The notes under the pieces: model-generated
Told to the model about the DNA's origin: nothing
What the model saw: only the letters and a program-made list of their open reading frames with translations
The model's database searches: none
Translations under genes and position numbers: made by a program
In this document: positions 63,568 to 64,000 of the stretch, in pieces
How positions within the stretch are numbered: the stretch's first letter is position 1
How the letters are laid out: the number at the start of each line of letters is the position of its first letter
NCBI RefSeq assembly: GCF_006345805.1
Contig: NC_043002.1
Location: 24,180,001-24,244,000 of the forward strand
Length of the DNA: 64,000 nt
Direction of reading: 5' to 3'
From: Octopus sinensis
Taxonomy: Eukaryota

Positions 63568-64000
63568 CTGAAAAATACACAGAAATATACACCCAAGACA
63601 ATGAATAAATAGTATTTTATAACATAAATACACAATTATAAACTTAGTCAGATAGTACAAGAGATTAAGGGTATCAACTCAAAGCTGGAGACATGAAGTT
63701 CTGTTTACACATAGTTAGTGTTCCCTCTAAGCTCTACGTTTGTGTGTGTGCATGTTTTAAAACGAGGAAAGGAAAGGTTTTTTTAAGACGAAGTTTGATT
63801 TTTCAGAATTGAAGAAATTTGAAAAGTAAGTACTTTCATGGATGCACACATACTTTGCAAAGAAAAGCAAAATTTGCTCACAATGAAAATTTCTGTACAG
63901 ACCCAGCAAAAACTTAGAGGGAATATTGTTCATGGTAACATCAAGCTATGCACATCCAATTTAGTTTATTTTGTTTATTCCTATTTGAAAACAGGTAAAA

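Noticed and set aside
63807-63825. Plus-strand micro-exon pattern (tttttcag|19 nt|gtaagt)
   Set aside because: No partner exons or recognisable protein on the plus strand; such matches arise by chance in AT-rich DNA.

Overview
This is AT-rich animal genomic DNA. Its SINE/LINE families, TA/CA microsatellites and intron sizes point to a coleoid cephalopod, most likely Octopus (inferred from repeats I recognise, not from a search). Two multi-exon genes lie in tandem on the minus strand, and I spliced both by hand with consistent intron phases. (1) RanGAP1: ATG at 34925, 13 exons down to 711, 480 codons in the window; the rest of the C-terminal domain is left of position 1. (2) Pecanex-like 4 (PCNX4): the last 9 exons, 63567 to the stop at 47194, 1063 aa in the window; the 5' part is right of the window. 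Introns and the intergenic gap are filled with transposon material: RTE LINE 3' ends, several tRNA-derived SINE families, a CR1 3' end, piggyBac/mariner/hAT derivatives, and Tx1 and Penelope relics. There are no rRNA/tRNA genes, CRISPR arrays or prokaryotic systems, and most ORF-track entries are spurious. The best leads are: a candidate alternative terminal RanGAP1 exon (8170-8259) that would replace the SUMO/pore-anchoring domain with a short NES-like helix; a 485-bp minisatellite with 12 TTCN3GAA (STAT/GAS-type) sites about 7 kb upstream of RanGAP1; and a TSD-flanked insert with a ~97% identical 91-bp inverted repeat just upstream of RanGAP1 exon 3. None of these is shown to be a new system; all are testable hypotheses. 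Repeat boundaries are approximate unless a TSD or TIR is given.
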